Origin: Octopus bimaculoides | Taxonomy: Eukaryota | Length of the DNA: 43,172 bases | Reading direction: 5' to 3' | NCBI RefSeq assembly: GCF_001194135.2 | Contig: NC_068990.1 | Location: 89,471,645-89,514,816 of the forward strand | Shown here: one piece after another, positions 23,162 to 34,739 of the stretch | How positions within the stretch are numbered: position 1 is the stretch's first letter | Layout: every line of letters begins with the position of its first letter | Notes under the pieces: generated by a model | What the model saw: the letters and a program-made list of their open reading frames with translations, nothing else | Database searches by the model: none | What the model was told of the DNA's origin: nothing | Program-made: the position numbers and the translations under genes

Positions 23162-23649
23162 TAACATGAGTAACACAGAGACATAGAGGAAGCAGCATTT
23201 ACTCATTCAACCCACGGTTTCAAAACAAAATTCCTGCAGTGTTGACATTTTGAAATTGTGGGGCATGATGGAACGCAGGCTGACCGAAGACATCACGTAC
23301 CAGAACAATGAGACGGATATAACAACTTAAGATGTAGAAACAGCTTGAGCTCGATTGATTGGATCTATATTCTAACTTTATGCTGCAAAAAGCCAGGCAT
23401 TGCTGCTTTACTACAGCTTCTCAGTGTGCAGAAGAAAAAGACAGAATATTAGATAGTACACGTGGAAGCAAATATAGAACAGATGCTTTCCATATTGAGT
23501 CCTGCACAGCAGTCGGCCTTCAGAAAGTGTTCTCAGTTTAAGAAAAAAAAACAAAAAAAACAAAACAAAAAAAAAAACAAGGCTTAAATACCAGTGATGG
23601 TACCAGTAAGCGATACGTCATCAACATACGACTTGACATTAGAAAAAGA

Positions 23650-23870
23650 TTGCTCTTGCCCCAGAAATGTTGGAACTTCAGCCGTCATTCTGAATTATAT
23701 TTCCAACGCAAAGTTCCTTTGAACGTAACAGCAGAACGGACATGTTCCTCCCACCAAATGAGAAGTGACTGGAAAGTTGATGGTCCGCAATTATATGCTG
23801 CACAAGCATATCACATGAAAGATCAGACGTTCTTATCTGCTTTGATAAATGATTTTATCACTGGCTTGCT
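23650..23870 (+). mobile_element. Possible hAT transposase C-terminal (dimerisation) relic
   Basis: ORF-track peptide VPLNVTAERTCSS...LSALINDFI loosely resembles P.S...ERSFS...IINDF; weak. Confidence 0.3.
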
Positions 23871-24657
23871 TAATTAATATTGCTGTGAATCTAGACGACG
23901 TTAAAAATCATAAAATCACCAAGAAGGACAACAACAACGCTACCAAAAACAACAGAAACAGCAGCAGCAGCAGCAGCAGCAGTAGCAGCAGCAATAAAAC
24001 AACTGAATATCACACTGTAAAATTTAGTTCTGAAGTATCATTACCCAAATAAACATGTCCACTACAATCCCGTCAGCCATTGCTCTTGAATTTGCTCATA
24101 TTTGAAGACGCTACTTGAACATGGGTCAAAAATTGCTAACAGTAGAATCTTATTCTTCATTATTGATTAAAATATAAATGGGGCTGCTGAAAAGAATATG
24201 ATAATGCAATGATTAAAATAACGATTTTCTTTAACACATGCAAGAGGCCATACATTTGGTTTCGAGGCAGAATATCCGATGAGATAGATTCGTGGACTGC
24301 TTTAATATACTCTTTAGTTTATTTTAGATTTTGTGAACAATACAGTTATTGGGTTCAAGTTTTCATCAGGTCAATGCATGGTTCAGAAAATTTACAGCGG
24401 CGAAAATGACAAGGAATCGTATGATTTGAATGTGATTTGAATAAATAGCAAAGGAGAAAGTTTTTGTCCCAATATTCGATGAAAAGAGCCTTTTCACTTT
24501 CTTAATCGATGTTTAGATCTTTCGGCTTTGTTATGTAGTTAGGTAGAAGTAAGATACAACCACACATATACAGAGATACACCACACGTAAATATGCACAC
24601 AGGAACACACATACACACACACACACATGTACAGAAACTATACACTTATGTATGTGT

Positions 24658-24662
<5 letters not shown>

Positions 24663-24706
<44 letters not shown>

Positions 24707-24716
24707 NNNNNNNNNN

Positions 24717-24759
<43 letters not shown>

Positions 24760-24932
24760 TATGTATGTGTACGCATGTGTGCATTTGTGTTAAGAATGTT
24801 AAGTTATGAAATTAGAATACAATAAACCCTTACCGAAGAAAGGACTCAATACCGGTGACAGAGTCAAATAGATATTGTATGTTATAGTACACATACATAC
24901 ATATATGCATAGATACACACACGCACATATAT

Positions 24933-25013
<81 letters not shown>

Positions 25014-25122
25014 TATATATATATATACACACGCACACACACATATAGAAATATATACACATACATACATACACACACACACACACATATATTTTATACA
25101 TACATATATATATATATATATA
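24663..25122 (+). repeat. (AG)n with gap, followed by compound (CA)/(TA)/(TACA)
   Basis: Direct reading. Confidence 0.9.
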
Positions 25123-25146
25123 TGTTCTAGAACCCTAGATATATAT

Positions 25147-25490
25147 AGGGTTCTAGTTGATCCAATCAATGGAACAGCTTGCTCGTGAAATTAACGTGCA
25201 AGTGGCTGAGCACTCCACAGACACGTGTACCCTTAACGTAGTTCTCGGGGATATTCAGCGTAACAAGGCTGGCCCTTTTAAATACAGGATACAACAGAAA
25301 CAGGAAAAAAGAATGAGAGAAAGTTGTGGTGAAAGAGTACAGCAGAGTTCGCCACCAACCCCTGCCGGAGCCTCGTGGAGCTTTAGATGTTTTCGCTCAA
25401 TAAACACTCACAACACCCGGTCTGGGAATCGAAACCGCGATCCTATGACAGCGAGTCCGCTGCCCTAACCACTGGGTCATTGCACCTCCA
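25147..25490 (-). mobile_element. tRNA-derived SINE family C with well-preserved Pol III boxes
   Basis: Reverse complement begins TGGAGGTGCAATGACCCAGTGGTTAGGGCAGCGGACTC...GGTTTCGATTCCCAGACCGGG (A-box-like TGACCCAGTGG, B-box-like GTTTCGATTCC), followed by a non-tRNA body. Confidence 0.85.
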
Positions 25491-26392
25491 CAGAATGTCA
25501 AGAGGCGTAACTAAATATTGAGAAACATCTCCGGTGTTATATTGATTTTGTCAATCTATTACCATTGAAATGGCTTAAGTAAAAAGAAGGATGAAAACAA
25601 TGATTAGATAAAAAAACTAAATGTTGCTAAACAGTTGGTGTTTTGTATCCTCAGGTCAAACCTGATTAAGCAGCCAAATATTAAAAGCATTCTAAATTTG
25701 ACCATCTGGTCTTTTTATTACTTAGAACTCTGTCTTCTTTCTATTTTAAGTTGGTTGGTCGTGTTTTAACCCATTCGTGCCGAAATTTTTCTAATGAATG
25801 AAATTACCTGAAAATTCACAGATACTATCATTTTGACCAAAATAACAATTGAAATAAAAATTTCATTGAAATCCGTCACATTCAAATGGCTGAAAGCACA
25901 TAATTTCTCTACAACTGAAGGAAGAAATACGTAATGGTCAGTTGGTTTTGTAAACAAAAAAATAATTGTCTGTACTGCGGACAGGAAATCTTTTCCCACG
26001 AGAGTTCCGGACCCCAGTAAAACTCATTTGCATACAGCCAATCAGAGTTCACCTTGATTTTGTCGTCAAGTTAGCAAACACACCCTACCAAGTAAACTCA
26101 TGACGAAGTCGAGCAATGCCTTCTAAAATCAGGCATAGTTATGCCTGATTTTAGAAGGAGACAAGTAATTAGATAGATTTGCATCTGTACCTATTATCGG
26201 ATTTTGTTAGGGCCACATATGGTAAACATGTGGATGCGAAAAATGTGGGTAGAGGGTGATGTGCTAGCAACCATCCATAGTATATTAGTGAGATGTCTTG
26301 TAATCATTATCGTCCATCGAAGGTGCAAAATGTGCGTCCTTTGGCAATTGTTGACGTTCATTAGGCGGCCGATAATAGCGGACGAGCTTTGC

Positions 26393-26425
<33 letters not shown>

Positions 26426-26854
26426 CACACACGCAGTCCTAGTTTATATAATACAGTGTTTTCGCTTTTTCTTGAAGCGGCAGGATGTTGTTTTGGTGTA
26501 GATTTGCTTCTTGATTCTAGCAATTCGATAGATCACGTAGAGACTCCATTCAGTCAAATGTGTATGATTTATTACATCCGCTTAACAAGAATACATTGGA
26601 GAAGGTTTGTAGATATATCAGATTAAAGTAGCTGCGTTTTCTCGTTAATGAAATCAGTCTTGCACCTTCACAACATAAATCAAAATTCATGCACCTGTTC
26701 TATGTATTTGATCAGTATTTTCACCAGGGGCGTAATAGCCACATTTTCTGCTCTTCTACAGGGTCGACGACAAGTTATAGTCAGTGAATTTTCATCCTCA
26801 TTCGACGCCATTTCACTTCATTACTGCCGACCGTCTGTAGAAAGTTCATAGAAA

Positions 26855-26976
26855 AGTGCAGGCATGAGCTTGTTTAAGAAGCTCGCTTTGCAGCCATCTG
26901 GTTTCGATTTCGCTGCGTTGGGATAATGTCTTCTATATAGCCTTGGGCCCACCGATACCTTGTGGAGGCCTGTCGT
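26855..26976 (+). mobile_element. SINE family B, diverged and internally deleted
   Basis: GTGCAGGCATG...TAAGAAGCT head and GTCTTCTATATAGCCTTGGGCC core, running into a microsatellite. Confidence 0.65.
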
Positions 26977-27019
26977 CTATCTATCTATCTATCTATGTAT
27001 CTATCTATCTATCTATCTA

Positions 27020-27062
<43 letters not shown>

Positions 27063-27546
27063 NNNNNNNNNNNNNNNNNNNNNNNNNNNNNNNNNNNNNN
27101 NNNNNNNNNNNNNNNNNNNNNNNNNNNNNNNNNNNNNNNNNNNNNNNNNNNNNNNNNNNNNNNNNNNNNNNNNNNNNNNNNNNNNNNNNNNNNNNNNNNN
27201 NNNNNNNNNNNNNNNNNNNNNNNNNNNNNNNNNNNNNNNNNNNNNNNNNNNNNNNNNNNNNNNNNNNNNNNNNNNNNNNNNNNNNNNNNNNNNNNNNNNN
27301 NNNNNNNNNNNNNNNNNNNNNNNNNNNNNNNNNNNNNNNNNNNNNNNNNNNNNNNNNNNNNNNNNNNNNNNNNNNNNNNNNNNNNNNNNNNNNNNNNNNN
27401 NNNNNNNNNNNNNNNNNNNNNNNNNNNNNNNNNNNNNNNNNNNNNNNNNNNNNNNNNNNNNNNNNNNNNNNNNNNNNNNNNNNNNNNNNNNNNNNGTCTA
27501 TGTATGTATGTATGTATGTATGTATGTATGTATGTATGTATGTATG

Positions 27547-27595
<49 letters not shown>

Positions 27596-27620
27596 GTCTG
27601 TCTGTCTGTCTGTCTGTCTG
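26977..27620 (+). repeat. (TCTA)/(TCTG)/(TATG) microsatellites flanking a 433-N gap
   Basis: Direct reading. Confidence 0.9.
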
Positions 27621-27934
27621 ACTAGCTCACTCCGCTGTATCTCGCCGCAACCAAGATCTGCCTGGGAGTAAAGAAATATTTTGGACAGTAGAATGCAGCA
27701 TTGTCCCACTGTCACACAACAGAAGAGCTCTCAGCAAAGCGGAGGCATGGCTTACCTGTCCAAAGATCTTTGGGTTACAGCTTGCTGTTCGATCGACTAC
27801 CTGCGTCCCAGTAAGACACCTCAATCGGATCTAACCTGGGACTATACAACAACCGCGCCCCTACCACCACCACTGTTACCACCATGACGATGACCACCAT
27901 TACCACATTGTCACCATCGGCACCACTACCACTA

Positions 27935-27938
27935 CACT

Positions 27939-27997
<59 letters not shown>

Positions 27998-28007
27998 ATT
28001 ATGATGA

Positions 28008-28039
<32 letters not shown>

Positions 28040-28042
28040 ATT

Positions 28043-28117
<75 letters not shown>
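27935..28117 (+). repeat. Compound (CTA)/(CTG)/(ATG) triplet microsatellite
   Basis: Direct reading. Confidence 0.95.
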
Positions 28118-28987
28118 GAAAACGGTCAACAAACAGGCAGTAATTTTCAATCTTAGAATTTCAGTAAAATTCGCCGAAGATGATTTCCAAAAAAGATTAA
28201 TCAACGCCTTGAATATNNNNNNNNNNNNNNNNNNNNNNNNNNNNNNNNNNNNNNNNNNNNNNNNNNNNNNNNNNNNNNNNNNNNNNNNNNNNNNNNNNNN
28301 NNNNNNNNNNNNNNNNNNNNNNNNNNNNNNNNNNNNNNNNNNNNNNNNNNNNNNNNNNNNNNNNNNNNNNNNNNNNNNNNNNNNNNNNNNNNNNNNNNNN
28401 NNNNNNNNNNNNNNNNNNNNNNNNNNNNNNNNNNNNNNNNNNNNNNNNNNNNNNNNNNNNNNNNNNNNNNNNNNNNNNNNNNNNNNNNNNNNNNNNNNNN
28501 NNNNNNNNNNNNNNNNNNNNNNNNNNNNNNNNNNNNNNNNNNNNNNNNNNNNNNNNNNNNNNNNNNNNNNNNNNNNNNNNNNNNNNNNNNNNNNNNNNNN
28601 NNNNNNNNNNNNNNNNNNNNNNNNNNNNNNNNNNNNNNNNNNNNNNNNNNNNNNNNNNNNNNNNNNNNNNNNNNNNNNNNNNNNNNNNNNNNNNNNNNNN
28701 NNNNNNNNNNNNNNNNNNNNNNNNNNNNNNNNNNNNNNNNNNNNNNNNNNNNNNNNNNNNNNNNNNNNNNNNNNNNNNNNNNNNNNNNNNNNNNNNNNNN
28801 NNNNNNNNNNNNNNNNNNNNNNNNNNNNNNNNNNNNNNNNNNNNNNNNNNNNNNNNNNNNNNNNNNNNNNNNNNNNNNNNNNNNNNNNNNNNNNNNNNNN
28901 NNNNNNNNNNNNNNNNNNNNNNNNNNNNNNNNNNNNNNNNNNNNNNNNNNNNNNNNNNNNNNNNNNNNNNNNNNNNNNNNNNNNNNT

Positions 28988-29040
<53 letters not shown>

Positions 29041-31205
29041 GTATGTAGCAGCATTGATTTATGATGAGAAACCCACGCCAATGGGTGGTGAAATGATCAA
29101 ATATTTATATTAAAACTACTAAAATAGTCGATATTTCGGGTGAAAGCGCCCTTCTTCAAATAATGATGAAAACAAATAAACTCATGAATGTTGTTTTGCA
29201 GTTTCAAGTCAGTACAGGGTTGTAAAGCCATGTGTTGTTGAACTGTGAAGAAAACAGTGTTAATTGTATTGCACTTGTTATGTATCAGAGTTCTTTTGTC
29301 AAAGATCTGCTCAATAAGGGTAGACCTGGAGCCAAACAGTTACAAATCTTACTTTTTAGTTGAAGGAGGAATTGTTGACGGCTACAGATAGTTATCTTCC
29401 GTCATAAATACATCGTGAATAAAGGAAAATCTAAGCTAATAGCACCTTTGGAAATTGTCATACAGTCTAGAAATGCACAAACTTTTAAAATTCTATTTCA
29501 GCTATTTGCCAAGTCAAAGCCTTGCAGGCAACTTGTACTGTATTTCAAACATTATATATTTATATTTTTACAATATTCCCCATTGCGATGTCGAAAACTA
29601 CTGAGGAGAAATGCTACGAGGTATAAGCTGAAGTCTGTTAATGACAGGAATATGACACAAGGATGTTGGTAGTTGGTATTATACTATTAAAGAGAAACAA
29701 AACAAAAGCTTTAAAATTTTTCTGAATTTCTGAGTCCAGCAATAAAGTTGCAAAAAGGAAAATTCTACTAAAATGCGACAATTTACATAGAATGTTGCAC
29801 GAGTGATTATTATTGAAGTTAAAGACAAAATTAATTTGGAGTTTGGGTTGATAAGTTTACCAGATTTAAGATATATCATGGAATTAGAAAATTAAAAGTT
29901 GCTGGCGAAAATAATGATAAAAACAAACGCTAACCCCAGCAGAGTTAGAAGCGACTATTCTGAGTATAGCAAAACATTTGATGACCTTGACAAGGAATAC
30001 AGTTTTATAGTCGCTCACATATACAAAGGCAATGAAAGCAGCTTTTTTACTGGAAATGCTTACCAACGGAAACATTGTTAAATTCTGGTGAAGCTATGCC
30101 AGTTTCAAGCGTAAGGAAGAACAACTTGTTGTCCTTAAACGAGTATATATATATATATTTGGCTAATACAGGATAAAACTTTCGTATATGGTAAGCTCTA
30201 TCGTCCTGGAGTTTTGAAGCGAGGGGAAAAAACAATATTTCCCTTCTATTATACAAATGCATGCATGTGCAAAATAAATGTTTTCAAAATGCGTTTACTG
30301 ACGAATTTGTCGCAGTTCGACTTAATTTACGTGCTGTGGCTAAGAGTCATAAAAATTGTATCAATATCTGACTATTGATTCTTTGTAGGGTCCATCTCAC
30401 TGAATGAAAGTTAGTTTCAGATTGTGGAAATGTCTTCGTGTTATTTGCAATCTAATGTCATATCTTTTTCACTAATGTGCCAGGAATTATTCAGACTATC
30501 AAATGTCACTATAAATATGTTTTTTAAACTGTTTATCTTCCACGCTGATCTTCCACGCCAATTTACACTTAAGGATGCGCTCTTTACAACTATTATGGCT
30601 ATGACACATTATGACTTTCTCTCTTTTGAGATCATGGCTAAGATTTCGGCCTGTATTCATGTTTGACTATTTAATTTCTACTGATGATGTAGCGGACTTT
30701 GATGCTTTTTAATATTTGATAGAACACGAAAGAAAAAGACGCTGACAATAAAGATAGCGGCCATAGAAAATCCACCAGTTACTTTCACTATGTCTCAAGA
30801 ATAAGGTATCAATAATTGCATTGCAGTTGACAACGATATTAAATTAACCCAATTTATTTTCTGATAAGAAGATTATCGGCTGTGCATTTAATCTCAAAAA
30901 TCGAGCTGCTGTAATTTGTTCTGACAAAGATGTTGATGGAAACGAAACGATTGAAAATGTGTTTTGGATTAAAACTCAATCAAGCATGGATATGATTCCT
31001 TTTTTATTTTGAACAAAATGCAAGTTTCTCTATGCAATATGAAATCACATTCTTGAAAATACATTGATCACTATAAAACAAATGTCCGCAGACAAAAGTG
31101 GCATTAAGGAATTCTCCAAGAAATACGTTGAAAGAAGTGGATCTATAAATCAAACATCTGTGCAGGAAATTTTAGAATAAATTTTCGAATCTTGTAAAAA
31201 AAAAA

Positions 31206-31230
31206 GGCGCAGGAGTGGCTGTGTGGTAAG
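31206..31230 (+). mobile_element. SINE family B isolated head fragment
   Basis: GGCGCAGGAGTGGCTGTGTGGTAAG. Confidence 0.7.
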
Positions 31231-31254
31231 TCTTAAAGGGTTTCGGTCAAACAA

Positions 31255-31420
31255 ATAGAAGCTTTTACTTATGATTCTTTTTCAAGCCTGGTATTCTATC
31301 AGTACCTTTTGCCGAACCGCTAGGTTACGAGGATGTAAGCAAACCAGCACTGGCTGTCAAGCTGTGTTGTAGGACAAACGCAAACACACTCACACACACG
31401 CACGTACACACACACACGCG

Positions 31421-31471
<51 letters not shown>

Positions 31472-31624
31472 GCGCACACACACACATGTAAGCTCTCTGG
31501 CAAATTCACTCACAGGCTCATGGATGTTGTTGAAGACACTTGCCCAAAGTGAGGTACAGTGGAACTGAACTTGGAACTACGTGGTTGCAAAGCATGGTTC
31601 TTGACCACACAGCCATGCTTGTGC
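31255..31624 (-). mobile_element. SINE family B, long copy with internal (CA)n
   Basis: GCCGAACCGCTAGGTTACG tail, internal CA repeat, GAAGACACTTGCCCAA, GGAACTGAAC and ACCACACAGCCA head (reverse). Confidence 0.85.
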
Positions 31625-31664
31625 TTCAACAATTGTTTCTTTCTTCACCGAGTCTCGATCATAC

Positions 31665-31830
31665 AACGCACGCACGCACGCACGCACGCACGCACATACA
31701 CATACGCGCACGCACACACATACGCACACACGTGCACACACACGTGCACACACACACACACACGCACAGACGCACACACACACATGCATACACGCACTTA
31801 CACGCGCAAGCATACACGCGCGCGCACGCG

Positions 31831-31873
<43 letters not shown>
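31665..31873 (+). repeat. (CACG)/(CA) compound microsatellite
   Basis: Direct reading. Confidence 0.9.
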
Positions 31874-31877
<4 letters not shown>

Positions 31878-32867
31878 AATAGAAGTGAAATACACATGGC
31901 CCTTGCAGGTTGATTGAAGCTGATGAGATTGCTGTGCCTTGTACCCAGTAGAGACATCAAGTGGTCAATACTTGTAAGGAAAGCACGGACAGAGAGGCCG
32001 TCACGGGTAGTTTTGGTCAAAATTCTTCCTCCATAGATTATCTGTTGTTAAAGTGGGTGGCCTGTCATCTCTGCCACCCGAGTGAAATCCGCGAAAAGTA
32101 ACCAGAGGCCAGATATTATTTAGTCATAAAGATCCTCGAGAGAGTAAACGAAACAATAAAAGCCATCTATCACTAAACATCCTTTTTAAGACGGTACAGT
32201 GTAATGTCGGTGAGGTTTCGCTGTTATTTCAATAATGAATGAAATCACTTAGCAGTTTCATTCATCATTGGATCGCCAGGTGGCGGTGTTACATGGTGAT
32301 GGTGAGTTAGTCCTGCAGCCGCCAAATGAACCAGGCTATTTTTTTAATTATTAGATGTAGAGAAGGAAGAAATACGTTTCTTAATTAAAAAATTGACATG
32401 TAACAAGCAAGAATTGAAGATATGCAGATGAAGTTCAGAATTTTAATATATTTTGCTGGAAAAACATTCATATTAAACGGAAATATGCAGTGAAGAAATA
32501 TTTTCAACTATCATGTATTCAATTCTAAAACACATGCACACACACATACAAAAACACCGACACGCGCGCACTGACACACGCACACACACACACACACACA
32601 CATACACACACACACGCACACATACACACACACAGATACATACGCACACACACATACGCGTGAGCAACAAGAAGAAAAATAGAGAAAATGGAATGCTTCA
32701 TTTGATAGTATAGTTTGCAGTGTCATTGGAAAGAGTGAAGCCCGTTTAACATGATTATACTTTAAATTACTTTGGTATTAAACTCATTTAATTAAACAAG
32801 AATATTAAATAGGGTATGAAGTGGAATCTTATTAATATTCTTATCCGTTGAATAACACTCACGCACG

Positions 32868-33012
32868 CTATACACACATACGTATATGTATGTATATGTA
32901 TATATATGTTTGTGTGTGTGTATATGTATATATATATATATATGTATATGCATGTGTATGTATGTATGTATGTATGTATGTATGTATGTGTATGCATGTA
33001 TGTGTATGCATG

Positions 33013-33050
<38 letters not shown>
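32868..33050 (+). repeat. Compound (TA)/(TG)/(TATG) microsatellite
   Basis: Direct reading. Confidence 0.9.
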
Positions 33051-33052
<2 letters not shown>

Positions 33053-33176
33053 GTAGAACCTCGGTTTTCGAACAACTCTGATGACGAGTAAATTATGCTT
33101 TATCTCCTGTCTTTCTCATATTCATTTAATACAGTCGTACCTCGGTTTACGAACGCCCCTGATCACGAATAAATCG
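33051..33176 (+). mobile_element. Two tandem Tigger/pogo-like left-end fragments
   Basis: TAGTAGAACCTCGGTTTTCGAAC (33051) and TA+CAGTCGTACCTCGGTTTACGAAC (33130). Confidence 0.55.
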
Positions 33177-33219
33177 TGCTTTATATATATATAGCCGTGG
33201 CGTGTTGGTGCTGCTGAGA

Positions 33220-33540
33220 ACAAGGGGGACTAATTAGATAATTTTAGGCCCATAACTCTGCTGAAAACAGATTATAAGATTTGGCCAACGTATTAGCCAA
33301 GAAGTTGGCGCTTGTCACCGATAAGCTGGTGGGTGACGCGCAGACATGCGCTATCCAGAAAAAAATCTATCCACGACAACCTCCACCTCACGTACTACAT
33401 CATAGAGAGGGAAGAGAAGGAACCTGGCATGGGTGGGGCCCTGATCAATTTGGATCAATCGAAAACTTTTGTCAAGGTTGACCATAAATACTTGGAGGCT
33501 GTTCACGCGGAGGCCGGATTCGGTCTCATTTTCAGAGGCT
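33220..33540 (+). mobile_element. L1/Tx1-type reverse transcriptase fragment
   Basis: Translates FRPITLLKTDYKI / ANVLAKKLALV...QTCAI / SIHDNLHL...GALINLDQSKTFVKVDHKYL, matching the RPITLLN.DYK and LD..KAFD.V.H motifs. Confidence 0.9.
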
Positions 33541-33578
33541 GTTTCAAATTTTTGGCACAAGGCCAGCAATTTCGGAGA
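33541..33578 (-). mobile_element. SINE family A tail fragment
   Basis: TTTCAAATTTTTGGCACAAGGCCAGCAATTTCGG, near-identical to 36856-36890. Confidence 0.75.
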
Positions 33579-33648
33579 ATTATTTCCCGGTAAAGACAAA
33601 TGCATAGAAACATTTTGTTCATAAGACAGACGCATTTCTGCAAGACTC

Positions 33649-33965
33649 TACAGTCGTGGCCAAAAGTTTGGAACATTAAAAAAAAAAAAAAATTGCTATG
33701 TCCAATATACGCTCCGACCAAATATGACTTTTGGCATTTTATATAAAAATTCTAATTTCAGATCTATTTTCCAAAATTTTGGCCAAACAATGTCATAACA
33801 CATTAATAAAAAAATAAAGCTAGAACAGATTACCTCTCTCCTCTTGCACACCTGGATAATACAGTCGGAGGTAAAAGTTTGGAACATAGGTCTGAAAATT
33901 AGAATTTTTTATAATATAAGGCAACCTGTTCTAGTTTTAGCTCTTTTTTTTTTATTAATGTGCTA
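33649..33965. mobile_element. Cluster of Tc1-like MITE ends
   Basis: TA+CAGTCGTGGCCAAAAGTTTGGAACA (33649-33675) and TA+CAGTCGGAGGTAAAAGTTTGGAACA (33860-33886). Degenerate right end TTCCAAAATTTTGGCC (33769-33784). Internal segment 33739-33767 is inverted relative to 33886-33919. Confidence 0.65.
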
Positions 33966-34261
33966 TATTTTTATGCTTACTTGTGAATTTCTTGCTGTTT
34001 TACTTGAAATAGTAAACCTCTAAAATTCATCTTTAACTTTTCTAGGCTTTCACAGTCTCATCTTCTTGATAAAGTGATTAGTTTGGCATTTCTTGAAATT
34101 ACTTTATAACAGACAGAAATAATATGGTTGCTGTTAATGTTGATATTTCTGCGACAATTGGAACATTTTCTTTCTACGTTTTACTTCCACTCTAGAAGCA
34201 ACTTAATTTTTCTATGCTTTCTATTGTGCAATCAGTATTGCTTCTATCATTTGTTTTCTAT

Positions 34262-34689
34262 TCTTGTGCATAAACTTGTGTAGCTGCCTTATTTACAAAT
34301 GCTTTCCTATCTGGTTCTATTATTGCAGATGTTATATTGCTTTTGCTCCAGGGCGTAAGAACACTGTAGACAGGATTCGTGGAGTTAACTTTCCTTTCTT
34401 AATCAAATTTCAAATCACTATAGTTATTATTAGGTTCTTGTCGAATTTATAGAAATGTGATTTTTATTAGTGACGGTTTTTTTTTTTATTTAAGTTCTTG
34501 TATGATATTATTTGTGGTAGAGACTGGCTGTTGGCATGCATTTTATCTTCTGTTTTGTGTGGATTTTGATAATGGTTTTACCTATTATAAGCTTAGTATG
34601 TTTTTAATTCATGTAATAATACATTTTATGCGCATTTTGTTTATTCTTCATAGGTTTCGTGTCTACTTTATTACGTCGTGTATTTGTGC

Positions 34690-34739
<50 letters not shown>

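Noticed and set aside
25415-25490. tRNA gene
   Set aside because: The tRNA-like head continues into a SINE body and lacks a closing acceptor stem; the same applies to family A and B heads.
25766-25785. piggyBac-like end TTAA+CCCATTCGTGCC
   Set aside because: No matching right end with TTAA found nearby.
26943-29081. 220-294-aa ORFs in the track
   Set aside because: They consist mostly of N-gap positions.
29090-31100. Possible Penelope-like or hAT relics and short ORFs
   Set aside because: Only vague resemblance from recall; no diagnostic motif I could verify.
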